Assembly (NCBI GenBank): GCA_030390025.1
Contig: CM059431.1
Location: 113,462,001 to 113,526,000 of the forward strand
Source of the DNA: Squalus acanthias
Lineage: Eukaryota
Length of the DNA: 64,000 nucleotides
Direction of reading: 5' to 3'
The notes beneath the pieces are model-generated. The model saw only the letters and a list, made by a program, of their open reading frames with translations, had not been told where the DNA came from and searched no databases. Of the stretch, positions 1 to 11,170 are shown piece after piece. Both the position numbers and the translations under genes were made by a program. Each line of letters starts with the position of its first letter. The stretch's first letter is position 1.

Positions 1-1305
1 GTGTAAGCAAGGTGCCTCAGGGTTTGGAAACACATTAAACTATTTACACTTTAATTTTGTAATTGCATCTTGGCTGAATTTAAAGCTGTTAAGGGTTCAA
101 AAATATTGTATAATTAGGAGTTCTAATTTTATGGCAGTCCGACAGACATGAGGGAATCAGCTTTAAGAAATTCGAAAAGTCCTTTGATTCTGTACATTTA
201 ATTTTTTTTTACATAGATACATAGATACATAGAAGATAGGAGCAGGAGTAGGCCATCCGGCCCTTCGAGCCTGCTCCGCCATTTAATGAGATCATGGCTG
301 ATCCTCCAATTCAGTATCCCGTCCCCGCCTTCTCTCCGTAACCCTTAACCCCTTTTGCCTGTAGAAATATATCTAATTCCCTCTTAAATATATTTAATGA
401 GCTGGCGTACACTGCCCTCTGTGGCAATGAGTTCCATAGGTTCACCACCCTCTGAGTGAAGAAATTCCCCCTCATTTCTGTCCTAAATGGTTTAGCCCTT
501 ATCCTTAAATTATGTCCTCTAGTTCTGTTCTCACCCGCCAAGGGAAACATTCCTTCTGCATCTAGTCTGTCTAGACCTGTCAGAATTTTATACACTTCTA
601 TGAGGTCCCCTCTCAATCTTCTAAACTCCAGTGTGTACATCCCTAAACTACATAGTCTCTCCTCATAGGTCAATCCCGCCATTCCTGGTATCAGCCTGGT
701 GAATCGCCGCTGCACCCCCTCCATGGCAAGAACATCTTTCCTCAGATGAGGCGACCAAAACTGTACACAGTACTCGAGGTGTGGTCTCACCAGTGCCCTG
801 TACAGCTGCAGCAAGGTATCCCTGTTCCTGTATTCCAACCCTTTTGCTATGAAGGCCAGCATACCGTTTGCCTTCTTGACCGCCTGTTGCACCTGCATGC
901 TCGCCTTCAGTGACTGGTGTACAAGAACACCCAGGTCTCTCTGTACTTCCCCCTCTCCCAATTTATTGCCATTTAAATAATAATTTGCCCTCCCGTTCCT
1001 GCACCCAAGGTGGATAACTTCGCACTTGTCCACATTATAGTGCATCTGCCATTTATCCGCCCAATCACCCAGTCTGTCCAAATCGCTCTGGAGCTTCCTG
1101 GTCTCCTCCTCTGAGCCCACCCCCCCTCCTAGTTTAGTGTCGTCTGCAAATTTGGAAATGCTGCATCCGACTCCCTGATCCAGGTCATTAATGTAAATTG
1201 TGAACAGCTGGGGACCCAGGACAGATCCCTGCGGTACCCCACTTGTTACTGCCTGCCATTCAGAAAATGAGCCGTTTATTCCAACTCTCTGTTTTCTATC
1301 TGACA

Positions 1306-1856
1306 AAATTGAGAGGTCGCACAACACCAGGTTATAGTCCAACAGTTTTATTTGAAATCACAAGCTTTCGGAGCTATCACTCCTTCCTCAGGTGAAGTAA
1401 ATTGGATACAGAATCGCCAGAGCATATATAGATGGAAAAAAAAGCATGTGTACTTTACAATTGCAGACCAATAAATTAAATCATCCTGACTATCTGCCAA
1501 GGTGTGATAAAGTTAATTAAGTCAGCCAGGAAGGTACCACATCAAAAGACGTAGCAAGATACAACTGAGACAATGAGGTGTAGTCGCAGGGGTTCCAACG
1601 TGTCAAAAGCTGCCGTCTGTATGTAAAACGAAAAGCTTTAAAAAAAATTTACTTTTTTACTGGGAAAATTTTTACTTTTTTACTGGGAATCACATCTGTG
1701 AACAAGCTAACGATGACTCGAGTCCGGATCACGTCATGTATCGTGACATAAACCCAAGATCCCGATTGAGACCGTCTTCATGAGTTCGGAACTTGGCTAT
1801 CAGTTTCTGCTCGATGATTTTGCGTTGTCGTGTGTTTCTAAGGTTGCCTTGGAGAA
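1306..1856 (-). mobile_element. 5'-truncated Penelope-like element (family A): GIY-YIG C-terminus + terminal repeat
   Basis: 10-bp TSD CTATCTGACA (1296-1305, 1857-1866); minus strand encodes LQGNLRNTRQRKIIEQKLIAKFRTHEDGLNRDLGFMSRYM*, typical of a Penelope endonuclease end. Confidence 0.88.
1358..1395 (-). ncRNA. Minimal type I hammerhead ribozyme motif in Penelope terminal repeat
   Basis: Minus strand: TCAC-CTGAGGA-A-GGAGT gata GCTCC-GAAA-GCT-T-GTGA (core CUGANGA/GAAA, stem I TCAC/GTGA, palindromic AGCT stem III). Confidence 0.75.
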
Positions 1857-3813
1857 CTATCTGACAGCCAGTTCTCTATCCACGTCAATACTTTCCCCTT
1901 TATCCCATGAGCTTCAATTTTCCCTGCTAATCTTTTATGTGGGACCTTATCGAAGGCCTTTTGGAAGTCCAGGTACACCACATCTACTGGCTCTCCCCCA
2001 TCTATTTTACCAGTTACTCCCTCAAAAAATTCCAATAGATTAGTCAAGCACGATTTACCCTTTGTAAATCCATGTTGACTCTGTCCTATCCTGTCCCCAT
2101 TTGCTAAGTGCTCCGCTATTTCATCCTTAATGATGGACTCCAGCATTTTGCCCACAACTGATGTAAGGCTTACAGGTCTGTAATTACCTGCTTTTTCCCT
2201 ACCCCCCTTTTTGAATAGTGGGGTAACGTTAGCTACCCTCCAATCCATGGGCACTGTTCCCGAGTCTAATGAATTCTGAAAAATCATACTTAGTGCATCC
2301 GCTATCTCTAGGGCCACCTCCTTCAGCACCCTAGGATGCATGTTATCAGGCCCTGGGGATTTGTCCGCCTTCAATCCCTTTAGCTTCCTTAACACCATAT
2401 CCTTAGAGATATTGATTTGCGTCAGTTTCTCCTTTGCAAATGTTCCTATTTTTCCCGATATCCCAGGGAGGTTTTTTGTGTCTTCCTTCGTAAAGACTGA
2501 CCCAAAGTATGCATTTAGTTGGTCTGCCATTTCCTTATTTCCCGTTATATATTCCCCCGTATCTGACTGCAATGGGCCAACTTTGGTTTTCACCAGTCTT
2601 TTCCTCTTGATATACTTATAAAAGCTTTTGGAGTTAGTTTTTATATTTTCCGCCAGCTTGCTTTCGTAAGCTATTTTGCCCCTCTTGATTAAGCCCTTTG
2701 TCCTCCTTTGCTCTATCTTAAACTGTTCCCAATCTTCCGCTCTGGCGCTTTTTTTGGCTATTTTATACGCCCTATCTTTGGATTTTATGCTGTCCCTAAT
2801 TTCCCCTGTTATCCACGGTTGAGTCACCTTTTTAGATTTCCTTTTATGCCAGATTGGTATAAACAATTTTTGCAATTTTGTCATTCTATCTTTAAATGCT
2901 TGCCATTGTTTATCTACCTCCAGTCCTCCCAGGAACGTTGTCCAATCAGACCTACTCAGTTCCCGTCTAATGGCATCATAATTCCCCTTGTTTAAATTCA
3001 GGACCTGAGTATCTGAGTCAATTTCTTCGCTCTCCATTTCGAGTGAGAAATCGATCATGTTATGATCGCTCTGACCCAAGGGTCCCCGTACAACAAGATT
3101 ACTAATTAGTCCCTTCTCATTGCACAGTACCCAGTCCAATATAGCCTGTTCCCGAGTTGGTTCCTCGACATATTGATCCAGATAACCATCCCTTAAACAC
3201 TCAAGGAATTCCTCCTCCTCATTATTTTTACTGATTAGGCTATTCCAATCTATATGTAAGTTAAAGTCACCTATGATGACAGCTGTGCTCTTATTGCACG
3301 CTTCTCTAATTTCCCTCGTGATGCCCTCCCCAACCTCTATTTTACTATTTGGAGGCCTATATACCACTCCTATTAATGTTTTTCGCCCCTCGTTATTTCT
3401 TAGCTCCACCCATATAGATTCTGTATTAACTGAGTTAATATCCTTCCTTTCAATTGCATTTATCCCTTCTTTTACCAGCAATGCTACCCCTCCTCCCTTT
3501 CTTTTTTGTCGATCCTTCCTAAATACTGAATACCCCTGTATGTTAAGCTCCCAGCCCTGCTCACCCTGCAACCATGTTTCCGTAATCCCAATTAGATCAT
3601 AATTATTAACCTCTATTTCCACAGCTAATTCATCTACCTTGTTCCTGATGCTTCTCGCATTAAGGTATAAAACCCTCAGGCTTTTTTTATGCTCACATTT
3701 TTTATGAATTAGTTTGGCCCTTTGTTTTTTGTTCCTCACCCTTTTACCATTTATTTCTGTCTGCCTTTCACTTTCCTCTATTTCACTACATAGGTTTCTA
3801 GCCCCCTGCCATA

Positions 3814-4761
3814 CTAGTTTAAATGCTCCCGAACTGCTTTATCAAAAATTACCCCGAGAACATCAGTTCCATCTTTGCACAGGTGTAGACCGTCCCTTTT
3901 GTATAGGTCACACCTACCACAAAACTGGTTCCAATGCCTCAAAAATTTAAAACCCTCCCTCTTACACCAATGCTCAAGCCACGTATTTAGCCTAACTATC
4001 CTGTTCTCTGTACTCTTACTAGCACGTGGCACTGGTAGTAATCCAGAGATTACTACCTTCGAGGTCCTACTTTTTAGCTTGGCTCCTAACTCCCTAAATT
4101 CTACTTGTAGGACCTCTTCCCTTTTTTTAGCTACGTCGTTGGTACCAACATGTATCACGACAACTGGCTGTTCCCCCTCCCCCTCCAGAATGTTCTGCAC
4201 CCGCGCCGAGACATCCTTGACCCTTGCACCAGGGAGGCAACATACCATCCTGGAGTCTCGGTCGCGACCACAGAAACCCCTATCTATTCCCCTTACAATC
4301 GAATCCCCTATTACTATAGCCCTGCCACTCTTTTTCCCTCCCTTCTTTGCAACAGAGCCAGTCATGGTGCCATGAGCCTGGCTGCTGGTGCCTTCCCCCG
4401 ATGAGTCATCCCCCCCGACAACAGCACCTAAGGCGGTGAACCTGTTGCTAAGGGAGACAACCCCGGGGGATTTCTGCACTACCTTCCTGCCCTTGCTCTG
4501 CCTTTTGGTCACCCATGTACTATCTACGCTGGCCTTAACCTGCGGTGTGACCAACTCACTAAATGTGTTATCCACAACCCTCTCAGAATCGTGGATGCTC
4601 CAAAGTGAGTCCATCCGCAGCTCAAGGGCCGTCATGCGGTCCCACATGAGCTGCAGCTGGACACACTTCCCGCACACATGGTTGTCAGGGACACAGGAAG
4701 CGTCCCTGATTTCCCACATGTTACAGGAGGAGCATGACACAGGTCCGAGCTCTACTGCCAT
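3814..4761 (-). CDS. CR1 ORF1 protein: N-terminal Cys zinc finger/leucine zipper plus SGNH (GDSL-type) esterase domain
   Basis: Open 315-aa ORF with CSSC...CGKC, VIGDSIVR, PGA, HVGTND and DGLHL motifs typical of the CR1 ORF1 esterase. Confidence 0.92.
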   Translation of the reverse strand: MAVELGPVSCSSCNMWEIRDASCVPDNHVCGKCVQLQLMWDRMTALELRMDSLWSIHDSERVVDNTFSELVTPQVKASVDSTWVTKRQSKGRKVVQKSPGVVSLSNRFTALGAVVGGDDSSGEGTSSQAHGTMTGSVAKKGGKKSGRAIVIGDSIVRGIDRGFCGRDRDSRMVCCLPGARVKDVSARVQNILEGEGEQPVVVIHVGTNDVAKKREEVLQVEFRELGAKLKSRTSKVVISGLLPVPRASKSTENRIVRLNTWLEHWCKREGFKFLRHWNQFCGRCDLYKRDGLHLCKDGTDVLGVIFDKAVREHLN

Positions 4762-5214
4762 GACTTAACCCTTATATTACTTTTTAATTTTCTAGTTTTA
4801 GTTTATTTATTGACTTTTGTTTTCCCGAAGCTTACTTAGACCAATGTATACTGTACTCCTCTTATTCCTTCTTAAACTAACCAAATCCCACTAGTTTTAG
4901 TTTTACTTTCTAGGAAGGTTTGAGGAAAGTACTTACCAGTTAGTCTTACCTCCCTGGTCTTCCGCTGACTTCCTGGTCTTGTGTCCCCTTGGTCCGACGC
5001 CGACTTCCCGCTCCTCCCGGTTCCTGCCCTGCTGAAAAGAAACTGAGACCAAAAAATTTGTGACCTCTGTTTTTAGACTGCTAAAAGACTAGTAGGTTAG
5101 AGGAGGAGGGCGGGTGGGGGTTCCTACTCTGTAGGAACTCGGGTTTAAGCCACCACCCTCCTTAAATGCTGTTCACCTGGGTGCTTCCCAGCTGGTCCGC
5201 TTCCGGTCTCGTCT

Positions 5215-5826
5215 CTCCCGACACTGGCCTCTGCAAAAAAAGCCCGCGAAAGTGAGTTTAAATACTCACTGTGCTGCTGCTCTCTCCGCTCCCGACACTG
5301 GCCTCTGCAAAAAAAGCCCGCGAAAGTGAGTTTAAATACTCACTGTGCTGCTGCTCTCTCCGCTCCCGACACTGGCCTCTGCAAAAAAAGCCCGCGAAAG
5401 TGAGTTTAAATACTCACTGTGCTGCTGCTCTCTCCGCTCCCGACACTGGCCTCTGCAAAAAAAGCCCGCGAAAGTGAGTTTAAATACTCACTGTGCTGCT
5501 GCTCTCTCCGCTCCCGACACTGACCTCTGCAAAAAAAGCCCGCGAAAGTGAGTTTAAATACTCACTGTGCTGCTGCTCTCTCCGCTCCCGACACTGGCCT
5601 CTGCAAAAAAAGCCCGCGAAAGTGAGTTTAAATACTCACTGTGCTGCTGCTCTCTCCGCTCCCGACACTGGCCTCTGCAAAAAAAGCCCGCGAAAGTGAG
5701 TTTAAATACTCACTGTGCTGCTGCTCTCTCCGCTCCCGACACTGGCCTCTGCAAAAAAAGCCCGCGAAAGTGAGTTTAAATACTCACTGTGCTGCTGCTC
5801 TCTCCGCTCCCGACACTGACCTCTGC
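5215..5826 (-). repeat. 74-bp tandem array (8 full units + 20 bp) forming the 5' end of the CR1
   Basis: Units start at 5215, 5289, 5363, 5437, 5511, 5585, 5659, 5733, 5807; nearly identical; each holds an AGTGAGT-ttaaat-ACTCACT inverted repeat. Confidence 0.97.
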
Positions 5827-8779
5827 CATTAGGAATGCACGTTTAATTCATTGGACATTACATAATAAGAAATGTGTGCAGTTTAATTATTGAGGCAAAT
5901 CTTCATCAAATATCTTTTTGTAAAGGAGAATTTATAATATAGGTGTGCTGCCAGAGGCAGTGCCCTGTTTCTCCCTCTATTGGCTGCCCTCCACAGTGGT
6001 AAAGGAGCAACGGAATTGTAGGCCCGTGAAAATATGGGTCTATGAATGTTCTGTTGGATTAAGGGAACTGATTTTTGTGAAGTGAACATGGGGAGATTTT
6101 CACTGCATTTGGACGTGGCCCCGATTTTAACTCCAGGTGGATTCCCCGCTCAGGCCTGAGTTAACAATGCAGTCGGATCTCAATGATGTTGTCATGCATA
6201 TGTAAAGAAGGACCCTGTTGGCTTCGGGCGTGTGTCCTTGCTGCCTGCTCAAGGGAGCAGGTTAAAATTGCAAATGTTGCGATCATGGCGACTTTGGGAC
6301 AGGTAAGAGCCAGGGCGATTTTAACTGCCCACCTGCCAGGATTCTGCTGAGCGAGGAGGGTTAAAATCAGTCACGGTCTCCACATTGCGCAGTGGAACCC
6401 AGCAACTCTACAGAGGCCATTCGCTCTCCTGAAACAGGCTCCCAGAAGAAGAACAAAAGTAAAAGAGCCTTTCTTTAAGATTTAAGCATGCCACCATTTG
6501 TCTTCTCAAGAAAGTTTTTTCCCTTTGTTTTCTGTCCTCATTCCTCTAAATTTTCTCTCAGCACTACTCATCTCACAACACAGGCATGTCTGGTGCTGGT
6601 AGCCCCCAAGCTACAATGCGTCCTTATACATAAGAAGCAGTTTCTCCTTCATAATGGACCTCACCCCTTCAGTCCATCTCTATCCAAGAACACAATACCT
6701 GGAGATTGCGGGAGATGTAGAAGCAAATCCTAGCAAGGAGTTACTATCCCAAGGTTACTTCCAAAACACTGCAATTTAACAATCCTTCCAGGAGCACTGG
6801 AACCGTATGAAATGCTTGTCTCTGCCATGTTAGTAGGACCATCCTAAGTTCTTTATAGTCTCTCTCTCCTACTATGTATTTTCAGGATCTCCTCTGGGCC
6901 TTCCCAGAACTACTCAGACACCAACTCCATAGAAGTAACAAAACACCTAGCACTCTGTTACAGAACTTACTCTACCTACTCATCAGCTTAGATACATCCA
7001 CCCTAGAATGATTAGAAGGACAGAAGGAAGGCAACAGAAATTGTGAGTCATTGAGTGTGGCGGACAGGAGCAGGAACAGATGGAGGAAGAGGAGCAGCGA
7101 CCTTCTCACCAGAGGTTGGGGCCATGTCCCTCCCCAGTTGTAGAGGGCAAATAACCAGATCTCATGGACTAGCTTTTAAGACAAGGGCCTAGAGATTCTG
7201 GGCACACAAAGGCTGCAGTCCCTGCGCCTGAATGGTGAGGTCCGAGATGCATCCAATATTGGTGGTCCCTTTAAGGACTGCCTATTATACCACATGTAGA
7301 CCTTGTTTTCTTGAGTGCAGGCGGCTGCCTAAGGGCAAACCAATCTTGTAGTGGGGCTCAAACAGGTGTTAGACCCTTTATTTGCAAATGCAAAAGGCCA
7401 AACGCCCGATTCAGTCATGGGCACTGCATGGCGATTTTTTTGGCCTTTACCAATATGGCGGGTAGTGCACTTCCAGCTCGTAATGAGTATGCGCTTCCTA
7501 CCAGCCGTACTGGAGGCTTAGGAGACAGTTTAGCACATGTAAAACAGGTGCTGCATGGCCAAGTTTCCAGGCTACTGAGGCTTTCTGAACTTGACAGTTT
7601 GTTGGGGGTCATTGGTGGAGCTGCCCAGAACTTTCTAACAAATAACAGCTGGTATGGTGGAGTCCAGCAGTTGCCTGAGTGGGGTGCACCTTACAGAACC
7701 TGCAGACATCCTTGGATAGAGTGTCAGTTCCAAGACCATCTGTAGCACAGCCACCTACCAGAGACACCACAATGCGGTACTATTGCCACATCACTAGGCA
7801 TGGTTACTGACGAGCTTGCCTAAACGAGACGTGAGATGGGATAGGGGATGGGGTTCTGTGATGTCAAACCATCAGGTCTTTGTACCTGCAGATTCGACAG
7901 CATGGTGGCACGGAGGATCCAAATAAAGTTGGGATGCATGTGATCATGGAAGATGATGTTCTCTCTAGGGATATCAGCACTTCCGTGCTGCTCCTCCGTC
8001 CTCCACCCAGCAGTCAGGAGGCAGACTAGGCCAGGCTATCCCTGTGGAGAGTTCACAGCCTGTAGTGGGTCCATCCGGGGTCCTTGTTCAAGAAGGTCGT
8101 GGGCTACCTCGTTTCCAGCTTCATGTGGCAGAGATGCAGCTTAGCCACTTCTCTCCAGTCTCCTATCAGTGGGAGTTCACTTAGAATGAACACTAGGATA
8201 TTGAGAGTTTTGAGACGTGAATCTACAACACCACCGTAGAAAAGTGGGTAAGAAGGAAGCATCGTAGTGACAGAGAGTAGACACACACACTCGCTGTTTA
8301 TTAATAAATCAATGTTGGAACCTGATCACTCTTCTATTTGAGCTTTTATACTCTAGATAAATTGGGGGAAAAGTGTGTACAATGAAGATTTAAGAAGAAG
8401 AGATTTGACTGTAAGGATTCTCTTTGTATTGATTATGCAATGGAGCTATTGTATGGATAGGTGGAATGAGAATTCCTCCTTTACCAGTGAAATAGGTAAC
8501 AGTGGCTCTGGAGAGGGCCGGTGAACATCTTCAGCAACTGTCAAAGGTTCTTCTGGTTGTCGCTCCTCTTCTGGTCCACATGAGCCATCTTGTAAAAAAG
8601 CGGAAGGGTGTGTGGGGAGTGTGGGTGGGGGGTGGGGGGGGGGTGCGTGGACACATAGTGCCAAACATGGCATCTGTCAGTGAGTAATTCTGCAACTATT
8701 TATGAAGTGTAAAATCTTTTTTTTAATGCAAAATGTCAAAAATAAAGACCTTTCATGACAAGACAGATTTTAAGACATT

Positions 8780-9735
8780 TTGGGCGAGAAATTGGTGTCT
8801 GCTGTGGAGAGACGGAGGGCGGTGCTCTACCCAGCAAGTGGCAGGAGGCCCTCACCGCAAGTCTTCCATGCCATGTGGCAGGAGGTTGCCCATCAGGTCT
8901 CGGGCAGCACTGTGGTCCCCAGGACCCACACACAGTGCAGGAAGAAATTTAACAACCTCACTCGGGTGGTCAGGGTGAGTCAATGCCTCAACAAGTGCTT
9001 CATACCACTGTCTGAACCACAGTCTGCACACACTGGCCAAAGCACCACACCCCCAGCACTCACCCACCAACAAGCTCTACCTACCAACACTCACACCCAC
9101 ATCTCACACCTTGCACACAATGACAGCTGTTCAACTGTGGCAGGCACATCACCAAAACACATCGCTCCACATTTACTCACACACTTTCATTTCTCTTGCA
9201 GGCCAAGGTGGCTCACAATAGGAGGGAGCAGCAGCACACAGGCGGGGGACAAGCCGACACCCAACCACTGTCTGCGCTGGAAAATAGAGTGCTGCAGATT
9301 ATTGGGCGCCAGGTGGTGGGTGCCATGGCCACCGGTGACGTTGACCTCCTTGAGGACAACAACGGGATGTTCATCCCGACTCCTTCTCACATCCCACTTA
9401 CCGCTCACGCAACAAGCCTTTCGCACTTTCCAGCTAATCATGCTGTATGCATGCATTTCTCCCTTCCTGCCCCCCTCCCCTCACCTTAACCCATCTCTTG
9501 TGCCTTTATGCTTTCAGATAATGAGCAAGCACCGGAGCAGCCTGTCCCTGAGGTCACCGTTAAGAGCGAGGCAGGAGAAGAGGAGGAGGAATAACACACT
9601 GCGTCACTGCATGTCTCACCCACAGGCACCAGCTCAGATACTGGCACTATGCGTTCTTTAGAAGCTAGTATAGCAGTGGGATCTGCACAGAGTGATGCAC
9701 CGGGAATGAGTGGGCTGCAGCAAGGCCAGGGGGAA
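8780..9735 (+). pseudogene. Harbinger Myb/SANT-like DNA-binding protein, spliced, 5'-truncated
   Basis: MWQEVAHQVS...RTHTQCRKKFNNL exon ends at GTGAGT donor (8975); TTGCAG acceptor (9201) then AKVAHNRRE...TGGG; further acceptor at 9517. Confidence 0.8.
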
Positions 9736-9855
9736 TTTATTAATTCACTTCGGATAATTTTGTGGTGTCTCTCATTTCAGCTGTGCGCTGTGATATGGCC
9801 TGCGACAGGAATGGAATGATGGGGATATGGTGAGCAATGGGGATCGGGGGGTGAT

Positions 9856-11170
9856 TTACTGGAACCACAGTCTGATGAGGCGGTCATGGACCACCCTTCC
9901 GGAAGGCCGATTGAGTGGCTGCCTCATCCCTCGCTCCTCCTCCTCGTCTTCCTCGTCCTCCTCATCATCCTCCTTCTCCTCCCCCTCCCTCTTCCTCCTC
10001 CTGAGGTCATGATGCGGAGATGCCGGTGTTGGACTGGGGTGGACAAAAATGAGAAGTCGCACAACACCAGGTTATAGTCCAACAGTTTTATTTAAAATTA
10101 CGAGCTTTCAGAGCTGCTGCCCCTTCGTCAGGTAAAGGTACCTCCTCCTGAGGTGGTCGCGCAATCCCTGCTGGCAAGGGCTGGGCCCTCATGATGGCCA
10201 GATTGTGGAGCAGACCACGACGAAATGGGACACCCGCTCTGGCGGGTACTGGAGAGCTCCTCCCGAGTGGTCAAGGCAGCGGAACCATTGCTTGAGCACC
10301 TCGATGGTCTGCTCAGTGATGTTCCTGGTGGCGGCATGGCTGTCATTATATGAGTGCTGTGCAGGAGTGTTGGGGTTGCAGAAGGGAGGCATGAGCCAGG
10401 TGGAGAGCGGATAGTCCTTATCTCCAATCAGCCAGAGCCAGTGGCTGGAAGAGTGCTGGAACACTGGTCTGGTGCAGGATGAAGGCATCGTGGCTGCTGC
10501 CAGGATAACAGGCATTCACATTGAGGATTCACTGTCTGTGGTCGCACATCAACTGCACATTAAGTGAGTGGTAGCCTTTGTGGTTACGGAAGTTCTCAGG
10601 ATTGTTATGCGGTGCCTGCAAAGTCACGTGGGTGCAGTCAATGGCGCCCTGCACCATGGGGAATCCCGCTAGCCTGGCAGAGCCACAAGCATGCTGGTCC
10701 TACTTCTCTCTGGTGATGGGGAAGGAAATGTAGTCCCTTCTCCTACTGTAGAGAGCCTCTGTGACCTCCCGGATGCAGCGATAGACGGCGAACTGCGAGA
10801 TGTTCGCTATATCTCCTGTTGCAGACTGGAAGGATCCACTGGCAAAGAAATTGAGGGCGATGGTGACCTTGATTGTCACTGAGAGAGCCGTAGTTGCTCT
10901 GATCTAAGGCTGGAGATCTGGTTGCAGGAGGTGGCAGGGTTCTGTGACCACCTCCTTGCTGAAGCGGAGCCTTCTAAGACACTGCTCCTGTCTTAATTGG
11001 AGGTGGGAGAATTGCTGTCAGAATACCCTCGGAGGGTAAGGCCTCCTGTTGAGAGCCCTGATGGCCCTCCTCCTCCCTCTGGCCACACGTTCCAGTCTTT
11101 CTCGCTGCCTGTGCTCCCTCCGCCGTAGATCCTGGCGGGTGAGGTTAACTGCCAGTACAGCCCCCACTAA
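9856..11170 (-). pseudogene. Harbinger (HARBI1-like) DDE transposase, frameshifted and interrupted
   Basis: Minus-strand GFPMVQGAIDCTHV, NHKGYHSLNVQLMCD, WLIGDKDYPL, TRNITEQTIEVLKQWFRCLD and an acidic tail. Confidence 0.88.
10008..10140 (-). mobile_element. Penelope family A terminal-repeat fragment with hammerhead motif (10098-10135)
   Basis: 14-bp TSD CCTCCTCCTGAGGT (9994-10007, 10141-10154); same sequence family as 1306-1400. Confidence 0.88.

Larger units (their letters stand above)
311..3739 (-). pseudogene. CR1 ORF2 (APE endonuclease + reverse transcriptase), split by one insertion
   Basis: YLNARS, ITETW, GDFN, SDHN (endonuclease); [22 protein letters not shown] (RT). Removing 1306-1856 and one TSD copy joins WLSD|RKQRV in frame (2868 nt, 955 aa, no stops). 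Confidence 0.95.
211..5826 (-). mobile_element. Full-length CR1-clade LINE (5' monomer array, ORF1, ORF2, microsatellite tail), interrupted by a Penelope insertion at 1306-1856
   Basis: ORF1 and ORF2 in tandem on the minus strand; CR1-type 3' UTR; (TCTATGTA)n tail at 211-232; 74-bp tandem array at the 5' end. Confidence 0.95.

Noticed and set aside
311..1342. 343-aa ORF as an independent RT gene
   Set aside because: Its first residues come from the Penelope insert; it is the 3' half of the interrupted CR1 ORF2
5215..5826. CRISPR-like array, or the five short + strand ORFs over it
   Set aside because: Units are contiguous and identical with no unique spacers and no cas genes; the ORFs are by-products of the 74-bp period
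7185..8150. Left half of the Harbinger element at 8780-11676
   Set aside because: Faint Harbinger-like similarity but no matching TIR or continuity; too decayed to call
8780..11170. Domesticated host genes HARBI1/NAIF1
   Set aside because: Frameshifts, stops, a deletion and a Penelope insertion, plus a transposon end, indicate a dead transposon
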